Source of the DNA: Methanopyrus kandleri AV19
GTDB lineage: Archaea > JAADCQ01 > Methanopyri > Methanopyrales > Methanopyraceae
Direction: 5' to 3'
Length of the DNA: 32,000 bases
NCBI RefSeq assembly: GCF_000007185.1
Contig: NC_003551.1
Coordinates: forward strand, 90,001 to 122,000
Below are positions 21,223 through 28,822 of this stretch, one piece after another. The translations under genes were made by a program, and so were the position numbers. Positions within the stretch are counted from its first letter, which is position 1. Every line of letters starts with the position of its first letter. The notes under the pieces were generated by a model. That model had not been told where the DNA came from, did no database searches, and saw only the letters and a list, made by a program, of their open reading frames with translations.

Positions 21223-22113
21223 TCAGAACAGGTCGTGTAAGTGGATCTCGTACTGCCCGAGCTTACCACCGAAGTTACCCGCACTGATCTTCACCACGCC
21301 GGGCTGCTGGCACGCGGCCTCGATGCCGACTCTCATCGCTTCCTTGACGGCCTCCTCATTGAGGCCGTTGATCACGATCTCGTAGACGCACTTCACGCCC
21401 TCGGGCAGCTCGTTGTCCTCCACCGTGGGACAGTACGCGTCGTTGGTCGACGCGGGCAGGAAGTCGTACTGCTTGGAGCCGACCTTCGACGCGGACGCGA
21501 CGATTCCGCCGGGGAACGGCGCGTAGGCCCCTTCGACCCCCTTGATGGCGTCGACCGCCGCCTCCGCCGCCTGAAGACCCGCCGGCTGACTCTCCGCCAT
21601 GATGTAGAAGTTACCGCCGGCCACACCGGTGGTGATTCCGAACGAGTCCTCTACGATGAACTCTCCCTCCACGACTGGTATCTTCCACACTTTACGGCCG
21701 TCCAGCTCGTCCTCCTCCTGGTACCCATCTCCGAAGAAGCTCAGCTTGTACCCGACCCGGTCTTCGTCCTCCTTCTCCGCTTCTGGCATCGCGTCGAACG
21801 CGGACGCAGTGGGCGCCGTCATTACGCACTGTCCGATGCGGTCTAAGAGCTGTTCCTTGAGCTCATCCTCGTCGTTGTGGCCGATCATTATGGTGACGCC
21901 GGGTCTCCCGTCGGGGGTTTCCTCCGGCGGGACGTAGCCGCAGTCGATACCGGCCTCAGCCGGGCACATGATTACCGAAGTACCGAATCCTGTAGCCTCC
22001 TTAACGGCGATCATCGCCCACTTATGTGAAGCGGCGGTGATCAAGACTCGTGCCATCTTCGCCTCGAAAGCCTCGGCAAAGGTGTCCTCGATCTCCACGC
22101 CGTTGATTTCCAC
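21223..22113 (-). CDS. ftr: Formylmethanofuran--tetrahydromethanopterin N-formyltransferase
   Basis: EINGVEIEDTFAEAFEAKMARVLITAASHKWAMIAVKEATGFGTSVIMCPAEAG is the Ftr N-terminus as I remember it for Methanopyrus kandleri. GTG 22113 gives 296 aa, the length I recall. The tracked ORF starts 9 nt further upstream. Confidence 0.95.
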   Translation of the reverse strand: MEINGVEIEDTFAEAFEAKMARVLITAASHKWAMIAVKEATGFGTSVIMCPAEAGIDCGYVPPEETPDGRPGVTIMIGHNDEDELKEQLLDRIGQCVMTAPTASAFDAMPEAEKEDEDRVGYKLSFFGDGYQEEDELDGRKVWKIPVVEGEFIVEDSFGITTGVAGGNFYIMAESQPAGLQAAEAAVDAIKGVEGAYAPFPGGIVASASKVGSKQYDFLPASTNDAYCPTVEDNELPEGVKCVYEIVINGLNEEAVKEAMRVGIEAACQQPGVVKISAGNFGGKLGQYEIHLHDLF

Positions 22114-22145
22114 CCGGAACACCCCGCAGGAGCCACCCGACCTGG

Positions 22146-22158
22146 CCCTTAAATTCGC
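22146..22158 (-). promoter_or_regulatory. TATA-like element (gcgaatttaaggg on minus strand) upstream of ftr
   Basis: It is the only AT-rich block in the 51-nt aroE-ftr spacer, ~39 nt upstream of the ftr start. Confidence 0.35.
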
Positions 22159-22164
22159 AACGAT

Positions 22165-23037
22165 TCATCGGAGGTGTTCCAGGACGGCTTCCCTCATGAC
22201 CTCCACCGGTGCCTCTTCCCCCGTCCACAGCTCGAACGCCAGTGCCCCCTGGTACACTAACATGCCAACACCGCTCACCGGGGTGGCTCCCGCCTTCTCG
22301 GCCTCCTCGAGCAGCCGCGTCCTCGGTGGGTTGTACACGAGGTCGTTCACGATCAAGTCCTCGTGCATTTGGTCAGCGGTAACGAGGGGTGGTTCGTCCT
22401 CGTTCGGGTACATACCGACCGGCGTGGCGTCAACCAGCAGGTCGGCGTCCCGAAGCTCCCTCTCGATTTCGTCCCCGTCCAGCCCTATGGCGCGTGCCTT
22501 TACCCCCACTTTCTCCTTCAGCTCCTCCGCGAGCCTCTCTGCCCGGTCTACCGTACGGTTGGCGATGACGATCTCGTCGGCCCCTTCCGTGGCGAGCTTG
22601 AAGGAGACGGCGCGGGCCGCGCCTCCTGCACCGAGGATCACGGACTTGGTACCTCGAGGATCGAAGTAGGTCTCTTCCCGCAGCGCCCGCAGGAACCCCT
22701 CGCCGTCGGTGTTGAATCCCTCGATTTTACCCCGTGAGAACCTGACGGTGTTCACGGCCCCGATCAGTTCGGCGTCGCGATCTAGCTCATCGCACAGCTC
22801 CATGACCGCTTCTTTGTGAGGTATCGTCACGTTAAGGCCGACGATCCCCAGATCGGCGGCACCTCGGACGGCGCCCTCGAGCCTCTCCGGTGGCACGTCG
22901 AAGGCCAGGTACACGTAGTTCAGTCCGAGCTCCTTGAACGCGGCGTTGTGCATGGCCGGAGACAGGGAGTGCTCGACGGGATGTCCGATGAGTCCCACGA
23001 CGTTGGTTTCAGCGTCGACCGATACGGACACGCTCAC
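22165..23037 (-). CDS. aroE: Shikimate 5-dehydrogenase
   Basis: GLIGHPVEHSLSPAMHNAAF, GLNVTIPHK, AVNTV, GFNTDGEGF and ILGAGGAARA. Confidence 0.9.
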   Translation of the reverse strand: MSVSVSVDAETNVVGLIGHPVEHSLSPAMHNAAFKELGLNYVYLAFDVPPERLEGAVRGAADLGIVGLNVTIPHKEAVMELCDELDRDAELIGAVNTVRFSRGKIEGFNTDGEGFLRALREETYFDPRGTKSVILGAGGAARAVSFKLATEGADEIVIANRTVDRAERLAEELKEKVGVKARAIGLDGDEIERELRDADLLVDATPVGMYPNEDEPPLVTADQMHEDLIVNDLVYNPPRTRLLEEAEKAGATPVSGVGMLVYQGALAFELWTGEEAPVEVMREAVLEHLR

Positions 23038-23830
23038 GGCCGATCACCCGCGCCTTGCGTAGGTTGAACAGCTTCGCCCGGAGGGTTCCCCCGGAGGCTT
23101 TCAGTATGCAGACGTTGCCGACGTTGAGCGGATCACGACACGTGGCGCAGATCGCGGGACATGAGGTGGTACCTACGTTCACTACCAACTTCCCCTCCAG
23201 ACTCCCGAGATACCGACAGTGCGTGTGGCCTGTGATCACGACGTCGGCATGTGTCGAGCGGGCTATTTCCTCCAGTCGGTCGGGCATCTCGTACTCCCGA
23301 CACGTGTAGTTGTCTAGGATCTGATCGCGTTTTGGCATCGGAGATTCCCGGGCCACGGGATTGACCGGCTTCTGCGGGTTCAGGCCCAGTTCCGAGCAAG
23401 GTTCGTGACCGTGCAAGACGAGCATCCAAGCGTCCCCGAAGCGGAGTAAGTGAGGCCCGCCCAGTGACGGCCCCGAGTGTCCCGGCGGGCACCCGCGTCC
23501 GCGACGGTTATCGTAGCGGCGCGATAGTACGTGCACCCCGGCGTCACGCAGCGATTTCACAAGATCTACGGTGTCGTGGTTCCCGGGAACGAAGTAAGTC
23601 GGAACTTCGGAGGATAGCTCCCGTAGGTCCCGCAAAAGCTCCCTCAACTCGGGATCTGAGGCCCTAGGATCTGCGAGGTCGCCATCGATGAGAAACGCGT
23701 CGAAATCCCGCGCCAGATCGAGTGCCGCTTCCCAGGTTTCCCGATCGTGTCCCTGGTACTCGTCACCGACGTGTATATCGGAGGATATCAGCAGTCGATC
23801 ACCGGGTAAGCGCGTCACATCGAGCATCAT
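23009..23830 (-). CDS. Calcineurin-like metallophosphoesterase
   Basis: ISSDIHVGD, LIDGDLAD, VPGNHD, VLHGHE and ITGHTH are the five metallophosphoesterase motifs. Trimmed to ATG 23830 (MMLDV...), downstream of the preceding stop. Confidence 0.75.
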   Translation of the reverse strand: MMLDVTRLPGDRLLISSDIHVGDEYQGHDRETWEAALDLARDFDAFLIDGDLADPRASDPELRELLRDLRELSSEVPTYFVPGNHDTVDLVKSLRDAGVHVLSRRYDNRRGRGCPPGHSGPSLGGPHLLRFGDAWMLVLHGHEPCSELGLNPQKPVNPVARESPMPKRDQILDNYTCREYEMPDRLEEIARSTHADVVITGHTHCRYLGSLEGKLVVNVGTTSCPAICATCRDPLNVGNVCILKASGGTLRAKLFNLRKARVIGRERVRIGRR

Positions 23831-23840
23831 TTGGACCACG

Positions 23841-24350
23841 CTAACCCTCCCGACCGAGGACCTCGGGGTTGAACCTCTCACGAATCAGCAGCATCGGCGT
23901 CCTTCGATGGTAGACCAAATACTCGCGCCAGGGTATCTTCGGTACACTCACATCCAATATCTCCTCGTCTTCAGGCGACGGTCGCGCCTCCTCAACGCGG
24001 AGTATCTCACGCCGCGTCTCCAGCCTCAACTCTTCGATCATCTTTCCGAGCGGTTTTCTCGATTGAAGCACCAGTCTACGCAAGCGCCCTGGAAGGTTGT
24101 CGGGACGGGCGAGTGAAGTGGCTAGGATGGCGGGTCGACCGTCGACCTTGATGACGACTCGTCGGACGTATACGGTGTCTCCGTCGGGGACACCGAGGAG
24201 TCTCGCCTCTCGACCCTCAACTTTCAGCTTCCGGGTTTCGAGGGGATCGATCGTTACTTCCTCGAAGAACCGCTCGAGGATTCTCGTCACCGACCCGTCC
24301 GTGTAGAGAAGCACCTCCAGCAGCGGGACCTCCATCCGATGAACCTCCAT
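23841..24350 (-). CDS. Chorismate pyruvate-lyase (UbiC)/DUF98-like protein
   Basis: By-eye block alignment to E. coli UbiC:
- LLYTDGSVTRILE vs LLLEDSMTKRFE
- VYVRRVVIKVDGRPAILATS vs [20 protein letters not shown]
- KPLGKMIEE vs TPLGRYL
- PMLLIRERFNP vs PLLLTELFLP

ATG 24350 lies 1 nt after the upstream stop. Confidence 0.55.
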   Translation of the reverse strand: MEVHRMEVPLLEVLLYTDGSVTRILERFFEEVTIDPLETRKLKVEGREARLLGVPDGDTVYVRRVVIKVDGRPAILATSLARPDNLPGRLRRLVLQSRKPLGKMIEELRLETRREILRVEEARPSPEDEEILDVSVPKIPWREYLVYHRRTPMLLIRERFNPEVLGREG

Positions 24351-24351
24351 C

Positions 24352-25302
24352 TCACATTTCGCCGTACTCCTGCAGTAGCTGGAGTTCCTCCCAGCTGACC
24401 TTCTCCCCACGCTCGAGCCGCTCCTTGATCTCCTTCAGTCGCTCTTCGTCCACCGCCTGTTTCTCCAGGTCCTTGATTCGAACCTCGAGCGCGCGCTCTT
24501 CCGCGCGTTTCTCCATGATTTTCTGCTCTAAATCACGGAGCTCCGACTGAAGTTCACGGAGCTCGTCTTCCAACGGTTTCACTTTGGCCAACTCCTCGAC
24601 GTACTTGCGGTGGTAACCATCCGCCTTCTCCCGCAGCTTATCGGCGCGCTCGTAACATTCGATCATCTTCTGATGGTACTTGTCGGCCTCTTCGGCAGTC
24701 TTCACGACCTTTTCGTGGTATTCGGAGGCCTTTTCGCGGAGCTCGTCCGCCTGGGAGAACAACTCGTCGGCCTTCTTGGAGTGCTCGTTAGCCTTCTCCC
24801 ACGCCCTCAGCTGCTCGCGGAGCTCTTCGAGACGCTGGGCGATCTGCTCCTCTCTTCTCGGACTGAGCGGGTTGGTCTCGATCTCCCTTTCGAGCCTACG
24901 TATCTCGGCTCGGATCTCCCGGATCGGACGTCCCACTTTGGAGCGCAGTTTCTTGGCGGTCTCGACGTGCTCCCGGGCCTTCTGAGCCAACTCCCTGGCA
25001 CGCTCGTTCAACTCGTCACGCTTAGCCTTATACTGCTGGACCTCCTCGTTCAGCTCGTCCCTACGTCGACGATGCTCGTCGGCGCGCTCTCTGAGCTCTC
25101 GGACGCGTTCGTTCAACTCGTCACGCTTAGCCCGGTACTTCTCCGCTCGCTCCCGGATCTCGTGGATTTGACTCCGAAGCTGGTCTATTTTACGCTGGAT
25201 TTCCTGCCGCTTTTCTTCAAGGTCATCGAGTTCCTCACGGGTCTTAACTAGCTGATTTTCGAGCTCCTTGATTTTCTGCAGCTTGTCCTCGGAGAGCATC
25301 AT
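24352..25302 (-). CDS. Archaeal coiled-coil protein (COG1340-like)
   Basis: 316 aa, almost entirely heptad-type E/K/R/L sequence, with internal 35-aa repeats (AKRDELNER[VA]REL...). The ATG overlaps the serB stop. Confidence 0.75.
   Translation of the reverse strand: MMLSEDKLQKIKELENQLVKTREELDDLEEKRQEIQRKIDQLRSQIHEIRERAEKYRAKRDELNERVRELRERADEHRRRRDELNEEVQQYKAKRDELNERARELAQKAREHVETAKKLRSKVGRPIREIRAEIRRLEREIETNPLSPRREEQIAQRLEELREQLRAWEKANEHSKKADELFSQADELREKASEYHEKVVKTAEEADKYHQKMIECYERADKLREKADGYHRKYVEELAKVKPLEDELRELQSELRDLEQKIMEKRAEERALEVRIKDLEKQAVDEERLKEIKERLERGEKVSWEELQLLQEYGEM
25005..25132. repeat. Exact 23-nt direct repeat spaced 105 nt apart inside the coiled-coil gene
   Basis: cgttcaactcgtcacgcttagcc occurs at 25005-25027 and again at 25110-25132. 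The spacing corresponds to a 35-codon duplication. Confidence 0.85.
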
Positions 25303-25952
25303 TCGACGGGAACACCCCAGAAGCGCAGTACGACGGGAACGGCACGACGAAAGTCGTCGAACGCCATCTCGATGATCTCGTACAGCGGCTTTTTAGGGCG
25401 GAACCCTAAAGGCAGACCGACACGCTTTAACATTGATGCGTCGTTCGCGCCGTCTCCGACCGCCACGGTGTCCTCAGGACGGGTGCCGAACCGGCGGCAT
25501 AGCTCCATCAGAACCCTTCCCTTCGCGGAAGAGCTCATGACGGGGCCGTAAACTCTGCCCGTGAGGAAACCGTTCCGTACCTCGAGTTCGTTGGCCACGT
25601 ACGCGTCCAACCCTAGTTCTCTACAGAAATGGGAGACCACTTCGGTGAACCCTCCGCTGATCACCGCTACGGCGGCTCCCACGGATCGTACGGCCGCTAC
25701 GAATTCCCGGACGCCGGGGTTCAGGCGCAGCTCGGTCACGACCTCGTCGAGAACGGAGGCGGGTGTACCGGCCAGTAACCGGACCCGTTCCCGGAGGGCC
25801 TCTCCGAACTCGAGCTCACCGCGCATCGCCCGTCTCGTGATCTCTTCGACTTCATCGTCGACTCCGGCCGCCTCCGCGATTAGATCGATGGTCTCCCCAT
25901 CGACCAGCGTTCCATCGAAGTCTAACACTACCAGTCGGCGAGCCTGGGCCAT
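25299..25952 (-). CDS. serB: Phosphoserine phosphatase (HAD superfamily)
   Basis: LVVLDFDGTLVDGETIDLIAEAAG, VISGGF and AVGDGANDASML are HAD motifs I-IV in the SerB arrangement. Confidence 0.85.
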   Translation of the reverse strand: MAQARRLVVLDFDGTLVDGETIDLIAEAAGVDDEVEEITRRAMRGELEFGEALRERVRLLAGTPASVLDEVVTELRLNPGVREFVAAVRSVGAAVAVISGGFTEVVSHFCRELGLDAYVANELEVRNGFLTGRVYGPVMSSSAKGRVLMELCRRFGTRPEDTVAVGDGANDASMLKRVGLPLGFRPKKPLYEIIEMAFDDFRRAVPVVLRFWGVPVE

Positions 25953-27253
25953 TCGTGGGCACCCACTCCCGACCCGAACCCGTACTTGACCTCCTGGAAC
26001 TCACGCCGGAGTTCCTCGACGTCCTTCCGGACCTCGGACGGCTCCCTGCGACCGAGCACGACGTCCGCGATCAGCTCGGCGATGTACTCCATCTCAGAAA
26101 GACCCATGCCCAACCGGGTGAGCTCCTGGGTGCCCAGCCGGATACCGCTCGGATCGTGGGATTTCGACTCGTCGTCCCAGGGTAGCAGGTTCTTGTTGCA
26201 CAGGATGTTGGCACTCTCCAGTTTTTCGGCGATGACCGCTCCCCCTCCTTGCTCCCGCACGTCCACGGCGATTTGATGGGACTCCGTGAAGCCCCGGTGC
26301 TCACAGAGTACCCGGAGCCCCTCGGCGTACAGAGCCTCGGCCAGAGCCTTAGCGTTCCGAACCGTGTCACGCGCGTATCGCTCCCCGTACTCCTTGAACT
26401 CCGCGAGCGCTACGGCCAGCGCCGCCACGTGGTGCAGGTGGTGGTTGCTCACGAGCCCCGGAAACACTGCCTCGTCGATGTCGTCGGCTAGATCCCGTTG
26501 ACAGAGCACGATTCCGCCCTGAGGACCCGGAAACGTCTTGTGAGTGCTTCCGGTGACCACGTGAGCGCCTTCTCGGATAGGGTCCTGGAACTGACCGCCG
26601 GCGATCAGTCCGAGCACGTGGGCGGCGTCGTACACCACGTAACCTCCGACGGCCTCCACGGCTTCTACGGCCTCCTCCACCGGATGTGGAAACAGGAACA
26701 GGCTAGCCCCGAGCATGACCACCGACGGCTCGACTTCCTCGATCTTGCGGACCATACCGTCGACGTCGATGGCCATATCCTCCTCGTCGAACGGTAGGTA
26801 CTCGACGTTGAGCCCTCTAACACCCGGAGCGCTGATATCGTGGTGGCTGATGTGACCCCCGTGGGAGATCCGAAGCCCCAAGATCGTGTCACCGGGCTCG
26901 GTCAACGCGAAGAGAGCGGCTAGGTTGGCCACCACGCCGGATGTGGGCTGGACGTTCGCGTGCTCGGCACCGAAGAGCTCTTTGGCCAGTCGTACACAGG
27001 CCAGCTCGACTTCGTCGATGTACTCACAACCCTCGTAAAGCCGCTCACCGGGTTTCCCTTCGGCGTACCGGTGCCCGAAATCCGTCACGAGCATCTCGCG
27101 CACCGCGGGGCTGGTCACGTTCTCGCTGGCGATCATGGGGAGGCACTTCTTCAGCCACTCGTGATGCTTCTCCACCGCCCGCACGACGGAATGTACGTCC
27201 TCCAACCCGAACACCCCGAGGGAGGGTTTTGACTTTGGTCGAGGCGCGAGCAC
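25928..27253 (-). CDS. glyA: Serine hydroxymethyltransferase
   Basis: MIASENVTSPAVRE, RYAEGKPGERLYEGCEY, and VTGSTHKTFPGPQGG with the PLP lysine. GTG start. The 3' end overlaps the serB start by 25 nt. Confidence 0.95.
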   Translation of the reverse strand: MLAPRPKSKPSLGVFGLEDVHSVVRAVEKHHEWLKKCLPMIASENVTSPAVREMLVTDFGHRYAEGKPGERLYEGCEYIDEVELACVRLAKELFGAEHANVQPTSGVVANLAALFALTEPGDTILGLRISHGGHISHHDISAPGVRGLNVEYLPFDEEDMAIDVDGMVRKIEEVEPSVVMLGASLFLFPHPVEEAVEAVEAVGGYVVYDAAHVLGLIAGGQFQDPIREGAHVVTGSTHKTFPGPQGGIVLCQRDLADDIDEAVFPGLVSNHHLHHVAALAVALAEFKEYGERYARDTVRNAKALAEALYAEGLRVLCEHRGFTESHQIAVDVREQGGGAVIAEKLESANILCNKNLLPWDDESKSHDPSGIRLGTQELTRLGMGLSEMEYIAELIADVVLGRREPSEVRKDVEELRREFQEVKYGFGSGVGAHEWPRLADW

Positions 27254-27816
27254 TGGCCGAGGCAGTGACCAAAGGTGTGCTCACGCACGTCGAGGTGAGC
27301 GTAAAGCCAGGCTCCGGCCTGGTGCTGGATGTGGACGTTCCCAGAGCGGATCGGGTGAAAGACATCGTCAGATCACTCGTAACCCCGATCACGGGCATGT
27401 ATCAGGTCAGGGTCCGGATAACCAACGCGCGCGCCGAACCGGAAGCGGCGAATAAAAAGTGTCTCGCTACGGGGACGTTCACGGCCCTAGGGAAGGCGCT
27501 CATGGACGCGTTCTTCCCCGGTCGGGGTACCGAAGCCGTGAATAAGGCTCTCCTCAGGGTGCCTATAACCTCCGAAGAAGCGTATCGCGGCAAGAGGTTC
27601 GATCGTGTGTACGATCCCCGCAAGAAGCGTTGGATTCCAGCTCGGCCCGGTATGATGTGTAGAACCAAAGACGGGATGATATGCGCGGTCACGGACGATC
27701 CCGACGGTATCGCGCCCCCGGCCGCGGCCGAGAAGGACGCGAAGTTGGCCACGGTCCTGTGTGATACTCTGTTCGACATGCTCCTGGCTGAAAAGCCACC
27801 CACGGTGCGGGGGTAA
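27235..27816 (+). CDS. Hypothetical protein (~193 aa)
   Basis: This is the distal part of tracked ORF 26941-27816. The first ~290 nt of that ORF overlap glyA antisense and are Arg/Pro-rich. TTG 27235 follows GGAGGG by ~8 nt. I recognise no motif, and the start is uncertain. Confidence 0.5.
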   Translation: MVEARALAEAVTKGVLTHVEVSVKPGSGLVLDVDVPRADRVKDIVRSLVTPITGMYQVRVRITNARAEPEAANKKCLATGTFTALGKALMDAFFPGRGTEAVNKALLRVPITSEEAYRGKRFDRVYDPRKKRWIPARPGMMCRTKDGMICAVTDDPDGIAPPAAAEKDAKLATVLCDTLFDMLLAEKPPTVRG

Positions 27817-27822
27817 GCGGGA

Positions 27823-28356
27823 GTGAGGCCCGAGTCCGAGGGCGTCCGCCAAGCTGCGCGCCTGATGGCGGTAGCCGCCCGCACAGCTCCGAAAACGAGG
27901 GGTATCGACGACATCGTCATCGAGATCGTGGAGGACGAGGACACGCTGGAGAAGATCGCCGAGCGGATGGAAGAAATTGCCGAGGAAAAGGGAGCCGACT
28001 TCTTCAAGCGCGACGCGGAGTGCCTCAGAAGATCGGAGTGCCTGGTGTTAATCGGTGTCAAGTCCAGCGGACCTTGCGGCCTCAACTGCGGCATGTGCGG
28101 AGCCTCCTGTGACGATATCGAGGAGCGCAGCGCGGACGTCGAGTTCGCGGGACCGATCTGCGGGTTCAAGCTGATCGATCTAGGAATCGCCTTGGGATCG
28201 GCGGCGAAGGTCGCCAACGATCTAGTGGTCGACAACCGACTGATGTACACCATCGGCGTCGCAGCACGCTCCTTGGGTGTAGTCGACGCGGACGTCGTGA
28301 TCGGAATCCCGCTATCCGCAACCGGGAAGAATATATACTTCGACAGAGAGGGCTAG
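27823..28356 (+). CDS. DUF2148/COG4739-like protein with ferredoxin-type Cys cluster
   Basis: AARTAPKTRGID, GLNCGMCGASC and PICGFKLIDLGIALGSA. GTG start 6 nt after the upstream stop. Confidence 0.65.
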   Translation: MRPESEGVRQAARLMAVAARTAPKTRGIDDIVIEIVEDEDTLEKIAERMEEIAEEKGADFFKRDAECLRRSECLVLIGVKSSGPCGLNCGMCGASCDDIEERSADVEFAGPICGFKLIDLGIALGSAAKVANDLVVDNRLMYTIGVAARSLGVVDADVVIGIPLSATGKNIYFDREG

Positions 28357-28373
28357 CCGGGAGGGATCGCGCG

Positions 28374-28637
28374 ATGGCGCGCAATCCCAGACGTAAGGGT
28401 CGCGATGGATGGAAACAGTCGAAATCGCGTGGTAAGCCCTCGTTCGTGACCTGTGAGTGCTGCGGAGGAAAAGTACCACGACACAAGGCCATCCCCTGGA
28501 CGCAAGGGTTCAGGATCACCGACCCGGTGGTCCGTCAGGCGGTGGACGACCGATACGTTCACACTTTCAGTCGCAAGGTGTACTACTGCCCCAAGTGCGC
28601 CAGGTTCTTGGGGATTAGAAAGCCCAAACGCCGCTGA
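28374..28637 (+). CDS. rps26e: 30S ribosomal protein eS26
   Basis: Basic 87-aa protein. CECCGGKVPRHKAI and YYCPKCARF correspond to the eukaryotic eS26 blocks CTNCARCVPKDKAI and YCVSCAIH. GGGAGGG lies 9 nt upstream of the ATG. Confidence 0.75.
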   Translation: MARNPRRKGRDGWKQSKSRGKPSFVTCECCGGKVPRHKAIPWTQGFRITDPVVRQAVDDRYVHTFSRKVYYCPKCARFLGIRKPKRR

Positions 28638-28718
28638 TTCTCCCCCCACGGGATTCCGCGCGCCGCCCACACGCCACACGCCCTGGTTGTTTCGGGTTCT
28701 CCCTAACCAGCTTCCAGG

Positions 28719-28724
28719 TTTTTT
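28719..28724 (+). terminator. Oligo-T tract (T6) downstream of rps26e
   Basis: This is the only T6 run in the 185-nt spacer, 82 nt after the stop. Archaeal terminators are typically oligo-T. Confidence 0.3.
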
Positions 28725-28734
28725 CGCATAAACA

Positions 28735-28744
28735 GGTTTTAAGG
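28735..28744 (+). promoter_or_regulatory. TATA-like element (ggttttaagg) upstream of the TrkA-N/DHH gene
   Basis: AT-rich element ~80 nt upstream of GTG 28823. Confidence 0.25.
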
Positions 28745-28822
28745 AGTTGCCGTACCTCGTGCACGCCCAGTGTACAGCCTCCCGCGGGTTAACAGGGGGA
28801 AGCTGCGATCACCCTTCATGCC

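Noticed and set aside
24610-25251. 213-aa plus-strand Leu-rich ORF over the coiled-coil gene
   Set aside because: It is a mirror-image artefact of E/K/R-rich heptad codons (GAG/CTC). The minus-strand frame is coupled by start/stop overlaps to serB and the UbiC-like gene.
26941-27234. N-terminal ~98 codons of tracked ORF 26941-27816
   Set aside because: This part lies antisense inside glyA and encodes Arg/Pro/Ser-rich sequence. A plausible SD-preceded TTG occurs at 27235, so the gene was trimmed. The exact start remains uncertain.
27402-28253. 283-aa minus-strand ORF spanning the hypothetical and DUF2148 genes
   Set aside because: The Ser/Ala-rich product is typical of the reverse complement of acidic coding sequence. 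It straddles two plus-strand genes, one of which has clear conserved Cys motifs.
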